From assembly GCA_009103225.1 (NCBI GenBank), contig RHPI01003256.1, forward strand, positions 8,914 to 72,913: a DNA stretch of 64,000 nt, read 5' to 3'. Within the stretch, counting starts at the first letter, position 1. Each line of letters starts with the position of its first letter. The notes below the pieces were generated by a model that was not told the origin of the DNA, ran no database searches, and was given only the letters and a program-made list of their open reading frames with translations. This document shows, in pieces, positions 63,734 through 64,000 of the stretch. The translations under genes and the position numbers were made by a program. The stretch comes from Chlorokybus atmophyticus. Its lineage: Eukaryota > Plantae > Mesostigma and Chlorokybus algae.

Positions 63734-64000
63734 TACCCAAGGGGTTTGTTAGGGTCGGTCACCGGCCCCACCACCCAAGGACCGGCTAATTTAGGCCCAT
63801 ACCGGTCAACGCGCGCATAGCGCTCCGCTGCCGGCCCCACAGGTCGCGTCGCCGCGATAGGCAGGTCGCACCCTGCCGCGCCGACTGAACTGGTCAGGTC
63901 ACTTCGGCGCGACTGCCATTAGGCAAGTCGCGACCCATCGATGATGGCACTCATAAAGTGACCATTTACGATTATTGGATCGAGAAACAACGACCGCGGA

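Overview
Eukaryotic nuclear DNA with GT-AG introns and GC-rich exons. The gene content suggests a green alga, probably an early-diverging streptophyte (inference). 1-17.7 kb is a nested transposon cluster: two near-identical Copia copies in inverted orientation (one full length, with LTRs, a TTCTC TSD and a half-tRNA-iMet PBS), a second Copia family, a gag-protease retroelement, a hAT relic and a decayed Tudor/PHD gene. 18-26 kb holds decayed genes: an orphan paralog pair and a UNC93-like MFS. 26-56 kb holds seven genes whose exons I joined in frame by hand: a DFRP_C-only microprotein, Alba, a Rubisco-LSMT-type SET methyltransferase, proteasome RPT6, a bacterial-type RfnT-like MFS, a stand-alone plastid GIY-YIG-like protein and a 736-aa receptor-like protein. 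A U-box/ARM pseudogene lies among them. 57-64 kb holds a second gag-protease relic and a TA-flanked MITE. The best candidate for an undescribed system is the 11-exon minus-strand gene at 52547-56198. Its layout is signal peptide, TIMP/NTR-like domain, Pro/Thr stalk, SEA-like module with a GSIIV autoproteolysis-type motif, one TM helix, then three tandem PIH1-type CS domains where a receptor kinase would normally carry its kinase domain. All family assignments come from motif recognition by eye and need HMM or structure confirmation.
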